Of a DNA stretch of 64,000 nt, positions 9,154 to 18,390 are shown piece by piece. Below the pieces are notes generated by a model. It worked only from the letters and a program-made list of their open reading frames with translations, made no database searches and was not told the DNA's origin. This DNA is from an uncultured virus (IMG/VR IMGVR_UViG_3300018080_006410) (taxonomy: Duplodnaviria; Heunggongvirae; Uroviricota; Caudoviricetes). Where the stretch lies: the IMG/VR virus record IMGVR_UViG_3300018080_006410; one strand, given 5' to 3'. A program made the translations under genes and the position numbers. Positions within the stretch are counted from its first letter, which is position 1. The number at the start of each line of letters is the position of its first letter.

Positions 9154-10469
9154 CACTGTCTCCCTGTCTTCACGAACTCGTAGACCGCGCTGTCGACATG
9201 CCTCCCGTTCCTCCAGACCCGGGCCTTCCTGACACCGACCGGCCTGAAGCCCGCGGCCACAGCGCACTTCGCGCTCGCGTGGTTCCCGGCCAGAATCTCG
9301 GCATCCAGGCTCCCCAGCCCGAGCACGTCCACGCAGAAGCGGACCCCGGCAGCCACGAGCCTCTTCCCGAGGCCGTTGCCGCGGCGCCCCTCGAAGACGT
9401 CCCAGCCGACCGAGGCCGACCGGCTCACCCAGTCGATCCCCAGCACCTTCAGGACTCCGAACACCTGGCCGTCGCACATGGCCATCAAGACCAGGTTGCC
9501 AGGGTTGGTGACGCCCAGGCCCTCCAGCCAGCCCCTCTGGTCGCACATGTTGAGGAAAGCGGTCGAGTGGTTGCTCTCCCACACCTCCATCTTGAGCCTC
9601 ATGAGGTCCTCCAGGTCGCCCTCCCCGACCTTCCGGAACGAGACCCCGTCCCGCTCCCACGCCATGGACGGCTCGTCCCTCCCTCTCCTCGGATAGCCGT
9701 CCGGCGTCCAGCCGGCCAGCCACGCCACGAACCCCTCCGGGTCGCGCATGAGACGGGCACGGAAGCGCCCGCAGTCGTCAACCCCGCTCGGGACCACCGG
9801 GTCCCAGTAGGCGTCGCCCCTCATCCACCGCTCGACCTTCTCCCCGCGGTTCGGCGTCCCGCTCCCGTGATGGTAGAACATGTCGTAGTAGACCCCGCAC
9901 CGCGTCGGGTGCACGTTCCGCATGTTGGACCTCATCAGCGGGAAGACCCGGCCCAGCTGCCCCGTCGTCCACCGGACAGGCATGATGTCCATCTCCGTCT
10001 CGCCCGTCAGGCTGGCGCACTCCGAAAGCCGGAACTCCAGGTCGTCCAGGGCCCCTGGCGTCGCCAACAGGATCGAGGCGTGAAGCCTCTGCTCCAGGTT
10101 CTCGCTCCTCAGGGCTATGGCGATGTGGCCGTCCGGCACCATCGGCGCCAGGTCGTCGAGCCACCCCCTCCGGATCGGGAAGGCGTCGTTGTCGATCACC
10201 AGGAAGTAGTCGTAGTCGGCGCGACGGGCCCTGAAGCACTCGGCCAGGTCGTTCAAGCCACCAAGGTGGGCCTGCGACGGGTCCTTGCGGTCCTTGGCCG
10301 AGATCACCTCGACACCCTCCCAGGTCTGGTCCGGGACCTGGGCGTCGTTCACCACGACGACATGGTCGAAGTTCTCGGTCGTGGCCCCGAGGAACCGCCT
10401 CTGGACTGAGAGCCATTCCCTCTGCCCATCCCCGCGGTCGGCATAGATCGATCCCACCAGCAGTCTCAT
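9153..10469 (-). CDS. Glycosyltransferase-like domain fused to a GNAT (RimJ/PseH-like) acetyltransferase
   Basis: IDNDAF DxD-like motif; C-terminal RGNGLG and NHASAK..GF GNAT motifs. Confidence 0.72.
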   Translation of the reverse strand: MRLLVGSIYADRGDGQREWLSVQRRFLGATTENFDHVVVVNDAQVPDQTWEGVEVISAKDRKDPSQAHLGGLNDLAECFRARRADYDYFLVIDNDAFPIRRGWLDDLAPMVPDGHIAIALRSENLEQRLHASILLATPGALDDLEFRLSECASLTGETEMDIMPVRWTTGQLGRVFPLMRSNMRNVHPTRCGVYYDMFYHHGSGTPNRGEKVERWMRGDAYWDPVVPSGVDDCGRFRARLMRDPEGFVAWLAGWTPDGYPRRGRDEPSMAWERDGVSFRKVGEGDLEDLMRLKMEVWESNHSTAFLNMCDQRGWLEGLGVTNPGNLVLMAMCDGQVFGVLKVLGIDWVSRSASVGWDVFEGRRGNGLGKRLVAAGVRFCVDVLGLGSLDAEILAGNHASAKCAVAAGFRPVGVRKARVWRNGRHVDSAVYEFVKTGRQ

Positions 10470-11197
10470 CTCGCCCTCGTCGCCACCATGGTCGCGGTCG
10501 CGACCCTCCTGGCCATCTGTTCCCTTGAATTATACGTCGCGATGGCGCGCTCCAAACGCGCGGCCTCCTCGGGATCGCTCCTTTTCAGCTCCTCCATGTA
10601 GAGCCTCCCCCTTTCCCGCGACTCGTCGATCTGGAACAGCGACGCCACCTTCGCACTGGCCGCCTCCCGCTTGCCGGACAGGTCGAAGAAGGTGTGCCTC
10701 CCGCCCGCGTCGGAGAACTCCAGCTCGTCGATGACGACGTCCATGTCCAGGCCCGGCCCCGCGAAGGCCGCCTTGTACCAGTAGGGGTCCGCCGGCCGGT
10801 GCCGGAGGTAGGCCACCGTCGCGTGCGGCCGGTACTCCGGATGGCTGTCGGTGAACTCGAAGCTGTCGCAGACGAGCCTGTTCAGGCGGATGAGGTCCTC
10901 GCTCTCCACCGACACCTTCAGCACCACGAAGTCGGGAGCGTGGAAGGCCGTCAGCCTCCTCAGAGTGGCCCGGACCGGCCCGAACCCCTGAAGCGCCTTC
11001 CTCACCTCCTCGTGGTCGGACGTGTGGAGCCCGTACTTGACGGTGACATGGACGTCATCCTCGCGCCCGTGCTCCCCGTCCTCGCTTTCATATATGTCCT
11101 CGTCCGGTATGGCCGCGGCGATCTCCCGGATGCGCGCCGCGGCGCCCTCCGGAAGCGGCGCCATCACGCACCCGTACGAGTAGGCCTTCCTGAGCAT
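10466..11197 (-). CDS. 2H phosphoesterase, Acb1 (T4 57B)-like
   Basis: Two HxT motifs, HVTVKYG and YRPHATVAY; start chosen at the ATG after AAGGAG. Confidence 0.75.
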   Translation of the reverse strand: MLRKAYSYGCVMAPLPEGAAARIREIAAAIPDEDIYESEDGEHGREDDVHVTVKYGLHTSDHEEVRKALQGFGPVRATLRRLTAFHAPDFVVLKVSVESEDLIRLNRLVCDSFEFTDSHPEYRPHATVAYLRHRPADPYWYKAAFAGPGLDMDVVIDELEFSDAGGRHTFFDLSGKREAASAKVASLFQIDESRERGRLYMEELKRSDPEEAARLERAIATYNSREQMARRVATATMVATRAR

Positions 11198-11241
11198 GAC
11201 TGTCTCCTTCATCCTTTTCTGCCGTCCAACAAAGGCCCCGG

Positions 11242-11254
11242 TATCAAACAATTC
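11242..11254 (-). promoter_or_regulatory. Candidate phage promoter GAATNNTTTKATA, copy 2
   Basis: GAATTGTTTGATA followed by GGGGCCTTTG, matching the flank of copy 1. Confidence 0.45.
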
Positions 11255-12328
11255 TCAGAACGCCAAGGCGCCTTCCAGGCCCGGGGCCACCGCCTCCCGC
11301 GAGAACCCCGACGCCCATTCCCTGCCCGCCGCGCCCATCGATCCCCACAAGCTCTCATCCCGGCAAAGAGTCGACACCGCCTCGGCGAAGTCGCGCGGCT
11401 CGTCGCGCACGAGCACCTCCCGGCCATCCGCCAGCCCCATGCCCTCCGCGCCCACGGAGGTGGTCACGGTCGGCACCCCGGCCGCCAGGTAGTCCCCTAT
11501 CTTCCCCTTCATCCCCGACCCGAACCGGAGCGGGGCCACCGCCACCAGGCACCCTCCCAGGTAGGCCGCCAGGTCCGGCACCCACCCCACGCACTCCACG
11601 TCCCGCCAGTCGCCATAGCCGTCCTCGGCGAGGCCCGCCCCGACCGCGCGGAACGGCTCGCCCCCGGAGACCATCGGCAGGACGTGGTTGGAGAACCACC
11701 AGACGCCATCCCAGTTCGGCCTGTGCTCGTAGTTGCCCACGAAGACCACGCCCGACCTCTCGCCCCTCGGCAGGCCGCCCGGGACCGGCTGATGGACGTT
11801 CGGCACGACGACCACGTCCCGGGCCCACCTCCGGCAAGCCTCGGCGTCGACCCCCGTCACGGCCCACGTCCTGTCAGCCACCCCCAGGGCCGCGGCCTCG
11901 CCGCGCATCACCCCCTCGGGGTCCCCGAACCCCTTGACCTCCAGCATGCGCCTCTCCCGGACGTGGTGGACGTCCACGGTGTCCAGGACGAGCCGGCACG
12001 AGGGAAGGGCGATCTGGAGATATGGAGCCACGCAGTTGAAGACGTAGTACCGGCTCAGCACGGCCACGTCGGGCATCGCCTCCTGGAAGAAGGCCGCGGA
12101 GACCGCGCCGACCCCGTCCCCCGGCTCGAAGGCGCACCGGACCCCCATGGACTCAAGCGCGCCCCTGTACCGCCCGTCCTGCTCCCCCCACCTCCTCCAG
12201 TAGTCGAAGGCCAGGAACGAGACCTCGTGGCCCGCCCCGACCATCATCGCGACCAGCTCGGACATCCTGTGGCCGCCGGAGCTCCTGTCCGGCTCGGGGA
12301 ACTCGAAATCGACGACGGAGACCCTCAT
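11255..12328 (-). CDS. GT4 glycosyltransferase
   Basis: PDRSSG, DTVDVH, APLRFGSGMKGK, TTSVGAEG; start MRVSVVDF. Confidence 0.88.
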   Translation of the reverse strand: MRVSVVDFEFPEPDRSSGGHRMSELVAMMVGAGHEVSFLAFDYWRRWGEQDGRYRGALESMGVRCAFEPGDGVGAVSAAFFQEAMPDVAVLSRYYVFNCVAPYLQIALPSCRLVLDTVDVHHVRERRMLEVKGFGDPEGVMRGEAAALGVADRTWAVTGVDAEACRRWARDVVVVPNVHQPVPGGLPRGERSGVVFVGNYEHRPNWDGVWWFSNHVLPMVSGGEPFRAVGAGLAEDGYGDWRDVECVGWVPDLAAYLGGCLVAVAPLRFGSGMKGKIGDYLAAGVPTVTTSVGAEGMGLADGREVLVRDEPRDFAEAVSTLCRDESLWGSMGAAGREWASGFSREAVAPGLEGALAF

Positions 12329-13308
12329 CTGCCCGCCCCCTGGAAGTTGGTCCACAGGAGGTTGGCCATGGCCAGCGACTCGGCCAGCAGCGCCTCGAAC
12401 TCCTCCCTCTCCGGCGCGTCGTCGATCCACGGCTTCCACCCGTCGGGCCCGATCACCTGCTCGAAGACCGCCCGGAAGCCCCACTCGGCCGCCAGCCTCA
12501 CGAACGCCGGCATCTCCCGGAAGTTGTCCATCTCCACCACCATCGACATCAGCTTCTGGCTGATCGGCCTCGACCCCAGGAAGCGCAGGTTGGCCGCCAG
12601 GACGTCGAAGTCGCCACCGCGCCGGACCTTGTCGTAGGTCTCCCTCGTCGCCGCGTCGACCGAGACCCTGAGCGAGCCCCTCGCGATCTTGCTCGCGACA
12701 TCCCCCAGCGACCCCCACCTCCCCGGCGTGAGCAGGGTCCCGTTGGTGATGGCGTGCATCTTGAAGAGGTTCGGCATCGCCTCGACGCCCCTGAGCACCT
12801 TGGCGTAGGACGGGCTGAAGAACAGCTCCCCGCACCCGCTCATCGCAAGTCCGCTGGCGTGCGGCAGCATCCCCAGGCAGAGGTCGCCCACCCTGTCCGT
12901 CTCGGCCTCGTCGACCTCGATGGTCCAGTGGTGGCACTTCCGGCAGCGGATGTTGCAGCGGGTGTCGTGCCCGACGTGCAGATGGGCCGGCCACTCCAGG
13001 TCCCTGCCCATCGGCTCCCGCGAGACGCAGGCCCCCAGGTCCATGGTCCCCGTCCGCGGGTCGCCGCCGCTCTCGCGAAGAGCCAGCACCCTCTGGTAGA
13101 TCGGGCAACCGTCCAGGCAGAACCGGTAGGACCCGTCCAGGATCGACTCCCGCATCTCCCGGGCGCCCTCCCCCCTCCAGACCCCCTCGGGGCCGTCGCG
13201 GAGGATGTTCCCGAACGACTTGGAGGCGTGGGCCTCGCAGCACGAGCGGCACTCGCCGCCCGGCTCCACTATCATCATGTAGAACGGGCGAAGACAGTAC
13301 ATGGTCAC
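12325..13308 (-). CDS. Radical SAM protein with an N-terminal SPASM/twitch-like domain
   Basis: CNIRCRKC CxxxCxxC, SGCGE, TNGTLL, SVDA; N-terminal C..PF...CC...GNI cluster. Confidence 0.85.
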   Translation of the reverse strand: MTMYCLRPFYMMIVEPGGECRSCCEAHASKSFGNILRDGPEGVWRGEGAREMRESILDGSYRFCLDGCPIYQRVLALRESGGDPRTGTMDLGACVSREPMGRDLEWPAHLHVGHDTRCNIRCRKCHHWTIEVDEAETDRVGDLCLGMLPHASGLAMSGCGELFFSPSYAKVLRGVEAMPNLFKMHAITNGTLLTPGRWGSLGDVASKIARGSLRVSVDAATRETYDKVRRGGDFDVLAANLRFLGSRPISQKLMSMVVEMDNFREMPAFVRLAAEWGFRAVFEQVIGPDGWKPWIDDAPEREEFEALLAESLAMANLLWTNFQGAGR

Positions 13309-13317
13309 CTCCCCTCA

Positions 13318-13327
13318 ACTATACGCC
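13318..13327 (-). promoter_or_regulatory. GGCGTATAGT -10-like element
   Basis: Lies just upstream of GGAGG and the radical SAM start; same element at 34098, 35322, 62302 and 63284. Confidence 0.5.
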
Positions 13328-13376
13328 ACGAAGCTGCCCCCCGCGAACGGGAAGGAGAGGCGGCACCGATTTCGGC

Positions 13377-14066
13377 TCAGCCCAGGAAGCGGTCGGCCAC
13401 GTCCTCCGCCATGGAGCCCTCGACGGAGCCCGACAGCAGCAGCGGGAACATTCCGGCCAGGGCGCCCACGGCGACCCCGAAGGCCCCGCCGGCCAAGCCG
13501 GCCAGCGCCTCCGCCCTGCCGCCCTCCAGCTGGCCCCCGAGCCCCATCCGCCCGAGAACGGAGTCGACGCGGTCCTGGCTCATGGCCCCGACGGCGTCGG
13601 AGGCCGCGTTGCCCAGCCCCGCGGCCGCCATGGCGCTCAGGCCCAGCGTGCTGGCCAGGGACGCCTCGATGGCGTTGCCCGCCAGGATCATGATGAAGTT
13701 GTCTATGAAGCCGAACGGGATCATCGGCAGCGCCTTCATGACGAAGGCCTTCGCCATCCTCCGGTGTCTCCCCGGAGACTTGCCGACCGCCTTCTGCGCC
13801 GCGTCGACGACGCCTTCGGCCACGGCGTCGGCCACGGCGTCGCGGGCCGCGCCCATCCCAGACGACCCGAGGATGGCCCTTCTGCCGTCGTCGCCGGGCC
13901 CGGCGGTCGCCTCAACGTCGGTGGCGATCCCCTGCACGGCCTTCCGGACGGCCGGGGAGGTCGAGACCGCCCTGGCTATCGCCATGACCGCCGCGGCCTT
14001 CGCCCTGGCTACCGCCGAGGCCACGCCCGCGGCCTCGACCCTCCTGGCTATCCTGTCCCTGTCCAC
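13377..14066 (-). CDS. TMEM65-like membrane protein
   Basis: PFGFIDNFIMILAG...LGLSAMAAAGLGNAASD resembles the TMEM65 signature. Confidence 0.7.
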   Translation of the reverse strand: MDRDRIARRVEAAGVASAVARAKAAAVMAIARAVSTSPAVRKAVQGIATDVEATAGPGDDGRRAILGSSGMGAARDAVADAVAEGVVDAAQKAVGKSPGRHRRMAKAFVMKALPMIPFGFIDNFIMILAGNAIEASLASTLGLSAMAAAGLGNAASDAVGAMSQDRVDSVLGRMGLGGQLEGGRAEALAGLAGGAFGVAVGALAGMFPLLLSGSVEGSMAEDVADRFLG

Positions 14067-14067
14067 G

Positions 14068-14409
14068 TCAGACCTCCTCGGACTTCCCAGCCCGCTCCAT
14101 CAGGCTGATGGCCTTCTTTACCACCTTGCCGCCAGAGTCGTCCTGGAGCAGGTGCGGCCTTCCGACCTGGCCCTCGAACGCCTTGCCGTGCATCCTGTCG
14201 AAGTCCAGCCTCCCATCCGGCGTATCCATGTAGAACTCCCCGAAGCCCATGTGCTCCAGGGTGCCGCCCGGATAGACGTGCTGGACGATGTTGATGAAAT
14301 TGGAGTCGACGTACCAGTCGGACCCCTGCCTGTGATGATGGCCGACGTTCGCCCCCGTCAGCTCCCTCGCGGCCTCGATCAGCTCTCTCGCGATCTTCTC
14401 ACCGTCCAT
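14068..14409 (-). CDS. Leader-peptide family protein with an unknown domain
   Basis: Starts MDGEKIARELIEAARELTGA. Confidence 0.75.
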   Translation of the reverse strand: MDGEKIARELIEAARELTGANVGHHHRQGSDWYVDSNFINIVQHVYPGGTLEHMGFGEFYMDTPDGRLDFDRMHGKAFEGQVGRPHLLQDDSGGKVVKKAISLMERAGKSEEV

Positions 14410-14419
14410 GACCTTCTCC

Positions 14420-14541
14420 CTATTTGAACCTGCCCATGAATGACGACGCCACGCGGTCCTCCAAGGCGCCTTCACAATCACAGGCCGTCACGCCGACCTG
14501 GCCCTCGAACGCGTCGCCGCGCGTCATGTCTAAGTCCAGCC
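14420..14541 (-). pseudogene. Chimeric remnant of two neighbouring genes
   Basis: 14433-14494 resembles 15078-15140; 14492-14541 resembles 14162-14211. Confidence 0.65.
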
Positions 14542-15065
14542 TTCTCCAGCGGCGTCCCGTGGAAACACCTCTTGCTCTCGTCCAGGTCGACCGGGGCGCC
14601 AACGACCCCACGAGCCACCCGCAACAGCTCTATCGCGATCTTCGTCCCGTCCATGCCTCCCGCCATCTCGGCCAGTCCCGCCGTCCGAACCTCCCGCACT
14701 TTCGACATGCCCGATCCGAACACCACCAGCCCGAAGACGGGACCCGAGTATATCCCGTCATAGCCCTCCATCCTGGCCACCTTCGCCACGGCCTCGGACG
14801 GATGCCGGGCCCGAACCCCGTCGGCGCGCCTCCTGACCATCTCGTACTCGCCGCTGTTCGTGCCAAGGACCATCAAACCCCTGGCCACGAACTCCCGAAC
14901 GTCGTCGCCATAGGCCATGGCAGCCTCGCGGCTGTCGGTGAAATACGTTCCCTCGCCGAGGGCCGCCGAGCCATCCCTCGAATCGACAGCCCGGAACAAA
15001 GGGCCGCCATACCTCCCCGACAACCTCGACGACAGCCTCGACGCCATCCTGGGATCGACACTCAC
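14478..15065 (-). CDS. ADP-ribosyltransferase-like domain followed by the leader peptide and a truncated FHGT domain
   Basis: GEGTYFT...A..Y...GYDGI; then MDGTKIAIELLRVARG and CFHGT. Confidence 0.55.
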   Translation of the reverse strand: MSVDPRMASRLSSRLSGRYGGPLFRAVDSRDGSAALGEGTYFTDSREAAMAYGDDVREFVARGLMVLGTNSGEYEMVRRRADGVRARHPSEAVAKVARMEGYDGIYSGPVFGLVVFGSGMSKVREVRTAGLAEMAGGMDGTKIAIELLRVARGVVGAPVDLDESKRCFHGTPLEKAGLRHDARRRVRGPGRRDGL

Positions 15066-15430
15066 GTCCCGGCCCTCCCCATGAACGCCGCCGCCACGCG
15101 ATCCTCCATCGAGCCTCCGCAGTCGCAGGCCGTCACGCCGTCCAGGCCCGTCACCGAGGCTATCAGCTCCACGAAGGGAGGCTGATGGGCAGGATCGGCC
15201 TCCAGCGCCTTCCGCTCCTCCCGGAACCGCTCGGCCAGGGCCGGCGACATTCCCTCGATCTCGGCCTCCGCCTCGGCCAGGTGCCCTATCGCCAGCCAGC
15301 GATGGTCCGGATATCCCTGGAGCGCCTCCTGGCACAGGACGCACGCCTGGCCGAGGTGCTTCCTCACGCAATCCGGGCACGGGTCCCTCGGGGCGCTCGT
15401 CGATGTCCTGTCCATGTCAGTCTCCCTCAA
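15062..15430 (-). CDS. Hypothetical Cys/His protein with a C-terminal RVAxxF motif
   Basis: CPDCVRKH...EDRVAAAFMG. Confidence 0.65.
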   Translation of the reverse strand: MRETDMDRTSTSAPRDPCPDCVRKHLGQACVLCQEALQGYPDHRWLAIGHLAEAEAEIEGMSPALAERFREERKALEADPAHQPPFVELIASVTGLDGVTACDCGGSMEDRVAAAFMGRAGT

Positions 15431-15732
15431 CCGCCCAGGAACCCGTCGATCTCGACCAGCAGCCCCAGGACGCGGCCCATGTCGCCGGCATAGCCCCAGT
15501 CATCCGGGGCCCTCTCCTGGTCCATGCCGTGGCTCCTCAGCTTCTTGTGGACGCTCGCCATGAGCCGGTCCACCTCTCTGCGCCTCTCCTTGTACTCCTG
15601 ATCGGCCGTGCGACCAGCCTCCTTGCGCCTCTCCTTGACAGGGGTCGAGCCCTGAGGCTCCTCCTCCTCCATCTCCACGACCTCGGCCCGGAAGGCCCCG
15701 GCAACCCTGTCGATCATCGTTCTCTCGTCCAT
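15427..15732 (-). CDS. Hypothetical protein with an N-terminal RVAxxF motif
   Basis: MDERTMIDRVAGAF; GGAGG RBS. Confidence 0.7.
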   Translation of the reverse strand: MDERTMIDRVAGAFRAEVVEMEEEEPQGSTPVKERRKEAGRTADQEYKERRREVDRLMASVHKKLRSHGMDQERAPDDWGYAGDMGRVLGLLVEIDGFLGG

Positions 15733-15743
15733 GTCGAACCTCC

Positions 15744-17522
15744 TTAGAGAACCGTCCTGAAATAGTCCGCCATCACGACCGGGTCCGCCTTCAGCATCCT
15801 GGTCACGCCGGCGCCGCCATACTCGAAGACGGCCATGAACTCCATCTTGAAGAAGACCACCACCGTCTTCCTGCCGTCCGCGTACATGCTCAGCCTGCCT
15901 CTCTCGGTGAACTGGTAGGCCTCGTCCCGCTCGTCGAGATACGGAAGCGCCTCCCTCGGAAGGTAGTCCCGCTCCACCATCTCGCCCCTGGCCGTCAACT
16001 CCCTCGCCGCCCCGACCAGCTCTCTCGCGATCTTCGTCCCATCCATCTCGCTCTCCTCCTTGCTGTCATTTCCGCCACCCGGGGCAATCCGGAGGACGTG
16101 GCCGCGACGACCCGCCTCCTTCCTCCATCTGCGGTCCCGCAGGACCTCGTGGAGCTCCACCTTCGACGCCGGGACGTCCCCGACGTACGCGATCGACCCC
16201 ATGCGGCCCAGGCTCGCCTCGGCGGTCGCCTCCCCGCTGTCCCCGTCCGCCCGCGCCTTGTCCCCGTCGATCCCCCTCACCCGCAGAACCACCGGGGCGC
16301 CTCCCGTCATCCTCGCCGCGTCCCTGGCCGCCCAGCGCGCCATGCCGGTCTGGGTCGTCAGGTACACCGCGTCGACGCGTCCCGGCTCTGCCCCGACCCC
16401 GATCCCGTACGCGGGCTCGACGTTGGTCCCGGAACGCGGCCTGAGGCCCTGGCGGCGTATCTGCTCCCACGCCCTCTCCGACGTGCCGTGGTAGAACACG
16501 ACCGACGCCCATCTCACGCCCGGGCCCGAGCCCCGGCCAAGCAGCTCCGCCACCGGGACGAAGGGGCCGTCGAAGGCGAGCTCCCAGGAGGAGGCCTCGG
16601 GATGCCTCCTCACGATGCCGCCCAGCGCCTTCAGGAAACCCGGATGCCGCTCGGTCGCCCCCGCCACCGAGCCGCGCTCGGGATGCCTGGACGACTCCAT
16701 CCCATACAGGAGCCACCAGTCGCCGCGAGGCTCCCCGAGCCACCACTCGCCCTCGTCGGTGCCGTTGATCACCCCCCTACTCCCCAGCTCCGACCCCAGC
16801 GCCTCCCTGGCCAGCCGCAGCGGCTCTCTCGCAACCCCGTCCGGCCGCTCGTCCGAGGCGCTTAGCCCGTGCGCCATCTCTACGACCTCCTCCACGGCGT
16901 GGAGGACGTGGACGATCTCGTCGGCGCCAAGCTCCACGCCCATCCTCCTGGAGACCTTCTCTATCGTTGCGCCAGTGGTCTCAACCCCCCCGAAGGCAAT
17001 GGCGACGGACACCCGGAGGACCTCGTCCGAGAACCTCCGCCTGGCCCGCCTCATCCAGTCGAGCGCCCATCCGGGCACCTCGCGGGCGACGTCGCGCCAT
17101 CCGGCCCGCCTGCCCGACTCGGAAGCCCAGACCGTCACCACGTCCGCGTCGGCCGGCTTGCCCCTCAGGTCGTAGTCCACCACCGCCGTGCCTCCGGGAA
17201 CCTTCAGTTTCTCCTTGCCCCGCGTCCTCTGCTTCCGGAGCCGGTCCCGCATCACCTTCGTCACCGAGTCGTTCACCTTTCCCGGGTCCACGTCCCGAAG
17301 CTCGCTCCGGTACTCGGCGTGGTCCGTCCACCCGATGTCCAGCCTCCGCTTCCTCGACATCTGCCGAGGCTCGCCGAACTCGACCGGGCCGTAGACCTTC
17401 CCGCTGTCGGACAGGGACAGGTCCTCGACCCGGTCCCGCATGGCCTCGGCAAGCGCGTCGTCCCAGACCGTGCGCTCGATCCGCTCCAGAACGTCCTCCA
17501 CGTCGGCCAGCCTCATGTTCAT
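15744..17522 (-). CDS. Multidomain protein with an ADP-ribosyltransferase-like domain and an internal leader peptide
   Basis: FYHGTS...GLRP...VYLTT at about 16150-16500; internal MDGTKIARELVGAAREL at 16046 with its own RBS. Confidence 0.65.
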   Translation of the reverse strand: MNMRLADVEDVLERIERTVWDDALAEAMRDRVEDLSLSDSGKVYGPVEFGEPRQMSRKRRLDIGWTDHAEYRSELRDVDPGKVNDSVTKVMRDRLRKQRTRGKEKLKVPGGTAVVDYDLRGKPADADVVTVWASESGRRAGWRDVAREVPGWALDWMRRARRRFSDEVLRVSVAIAFGGVETTGATIEKVSRRMGVELGADEIVHVLHAVEEVVEMAHGLSASDERPDGVAREPLRLAREALGSELGSRGVINGTDEGEWWLGEPRGDWWLLYGMESSRHPERGSVAGATERHPGFLKALGGIVRRHPEASSWELAFDGPFVPVAELLGRGSGPGVRWASVVFYHGTSERAWEQIRRQGLRPRSGTNVEPAYGIGVGAEPGRVDAVYLTTQTGMARWAARDAARMTGGAPVVLRVRGIDGDKARADGDSGEATAEASLGRMGSIAYVGDVPASKVELHEVLRDRRWRKEAGRRGHVLRIAPGGGNDSKEESEMDGTKIARELVGAARELTARGEMVERDYLPREALPYLDERDEAYQFTERGRLSMYADGRKTVVVFFKMEFMAVFEYGGAGVTRMLKADPVVMADYFRTVL

Positions 17523-18082
17523 GTCCAGTCCTGCATCACCCTGGCCGCCAGCTCCCGCGCCTCGTCGGCCATCTCCGACGCCACCACCAGCTTCTTCGCG
17601 AGAGCCTCGATCCTGGCGCGCTCCCTCGGGTTCGCGACGCCCAGCCTCTTCTCCATCGTCCGGATCGACGTCGCCGACATGAGCGCCCTGGCAATGTTCT
17701 CCCTGGCGCTTCCGAGGGCGCTCATCGCGACGCCCATCTTCCTCCCCACCTGGTCGATCATCTCGTCCTCGGCGGAAAGGGGGGCGCCCGTCAACTCCCT
17801 GGCCGCCCCCACCAGCTCGCTCGCGATCCTCGTCCCATCCATGTCGTCCCTCCTTGCTGGGACTTCCTCAACCCGCGCCGGCGAGGACGCGCCCCTCAAC
17901 CTGCCACGGAGCTCTCGCCTCGCCCGCGCCACGATCCGGTCGACCGGCGTCGACGGCCCGAGGCCCTCCTCCTCCAGCCAGTCATGGATCGCGTCGAAGA
18001 CGTCGCCGTCGTCGCCGTCCGCCCCGAGAGCCTCCGCCACCGCGTACACCGTGTCCTCAAGCCATCTCTTCACGCCACCCAT
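17519..18082 (-). CDS. Hypothetical protein with an internal leader peptide
   Basis: Start MGGVKRW after GAGGAGG; internal MDGTRIASELVGAARELTGA at 17842 with RBS. Confidence 0.65.
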   Translation of the reverse strand: MGGVKRWLEDTVYAVAEALGADGDDGDVFDAIHDWLEEEGLGPSTPVDRIVARARRELRGRLRGASSPARVEEVPARRDDMDGTRIASELVGAARELTGAPLSAEDEMIDQVGRKMGVAMSALGSARENIARALMSATSIRTMEKRLGVANPRERARIEALAKKLVVASEMADEARELAARVMQDWT

Positions 18083-18093
18083 CTCGAACCTCC

Positions 18094-18378
18094 TCAGTCC
18101 TCGGGCCATTCCGTGTTGTGATACTCCTCCCAGAAGTAGTGCTCCACCGCCTTCTGGTCGGCGTCGTGGTCCCGGGCCACGTCCCGGATCACCTTCCGGG
18201 CCCCGCTCTTGTCGATGCTCCCGAAGCCGTTCTCTAAAGCCTCCTGGATCAACTCGTAGACCCCGTCCTCGATCCCCTCCCATATCCCCTGGTCCCTGCG
18301 GGGGTCCCCGGTTATCTCGGGGCGGCGCGCGGCCATGACCTTCGACGCCACCCTCCAGGCCATCCTCTTCTCGTCCAT
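18094..18378 (-). CDS. Hypothetical protein with an N-terminal RVA motif
   Basis: MDEKRMAWRVASK; AGGAG RBS. Confidence 0.7.
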   Translation of the reverse strand: MDEKRMAWRVASKVMAARRPEITGDPRRDQGIWEGIEDGVYELIQEALENGFGSIDKSGARKVIRDVARDHDADQKAVEHYFWEEYHNTEWPED

Positions 18379-18390
18379 CTCGGCTCTCCT

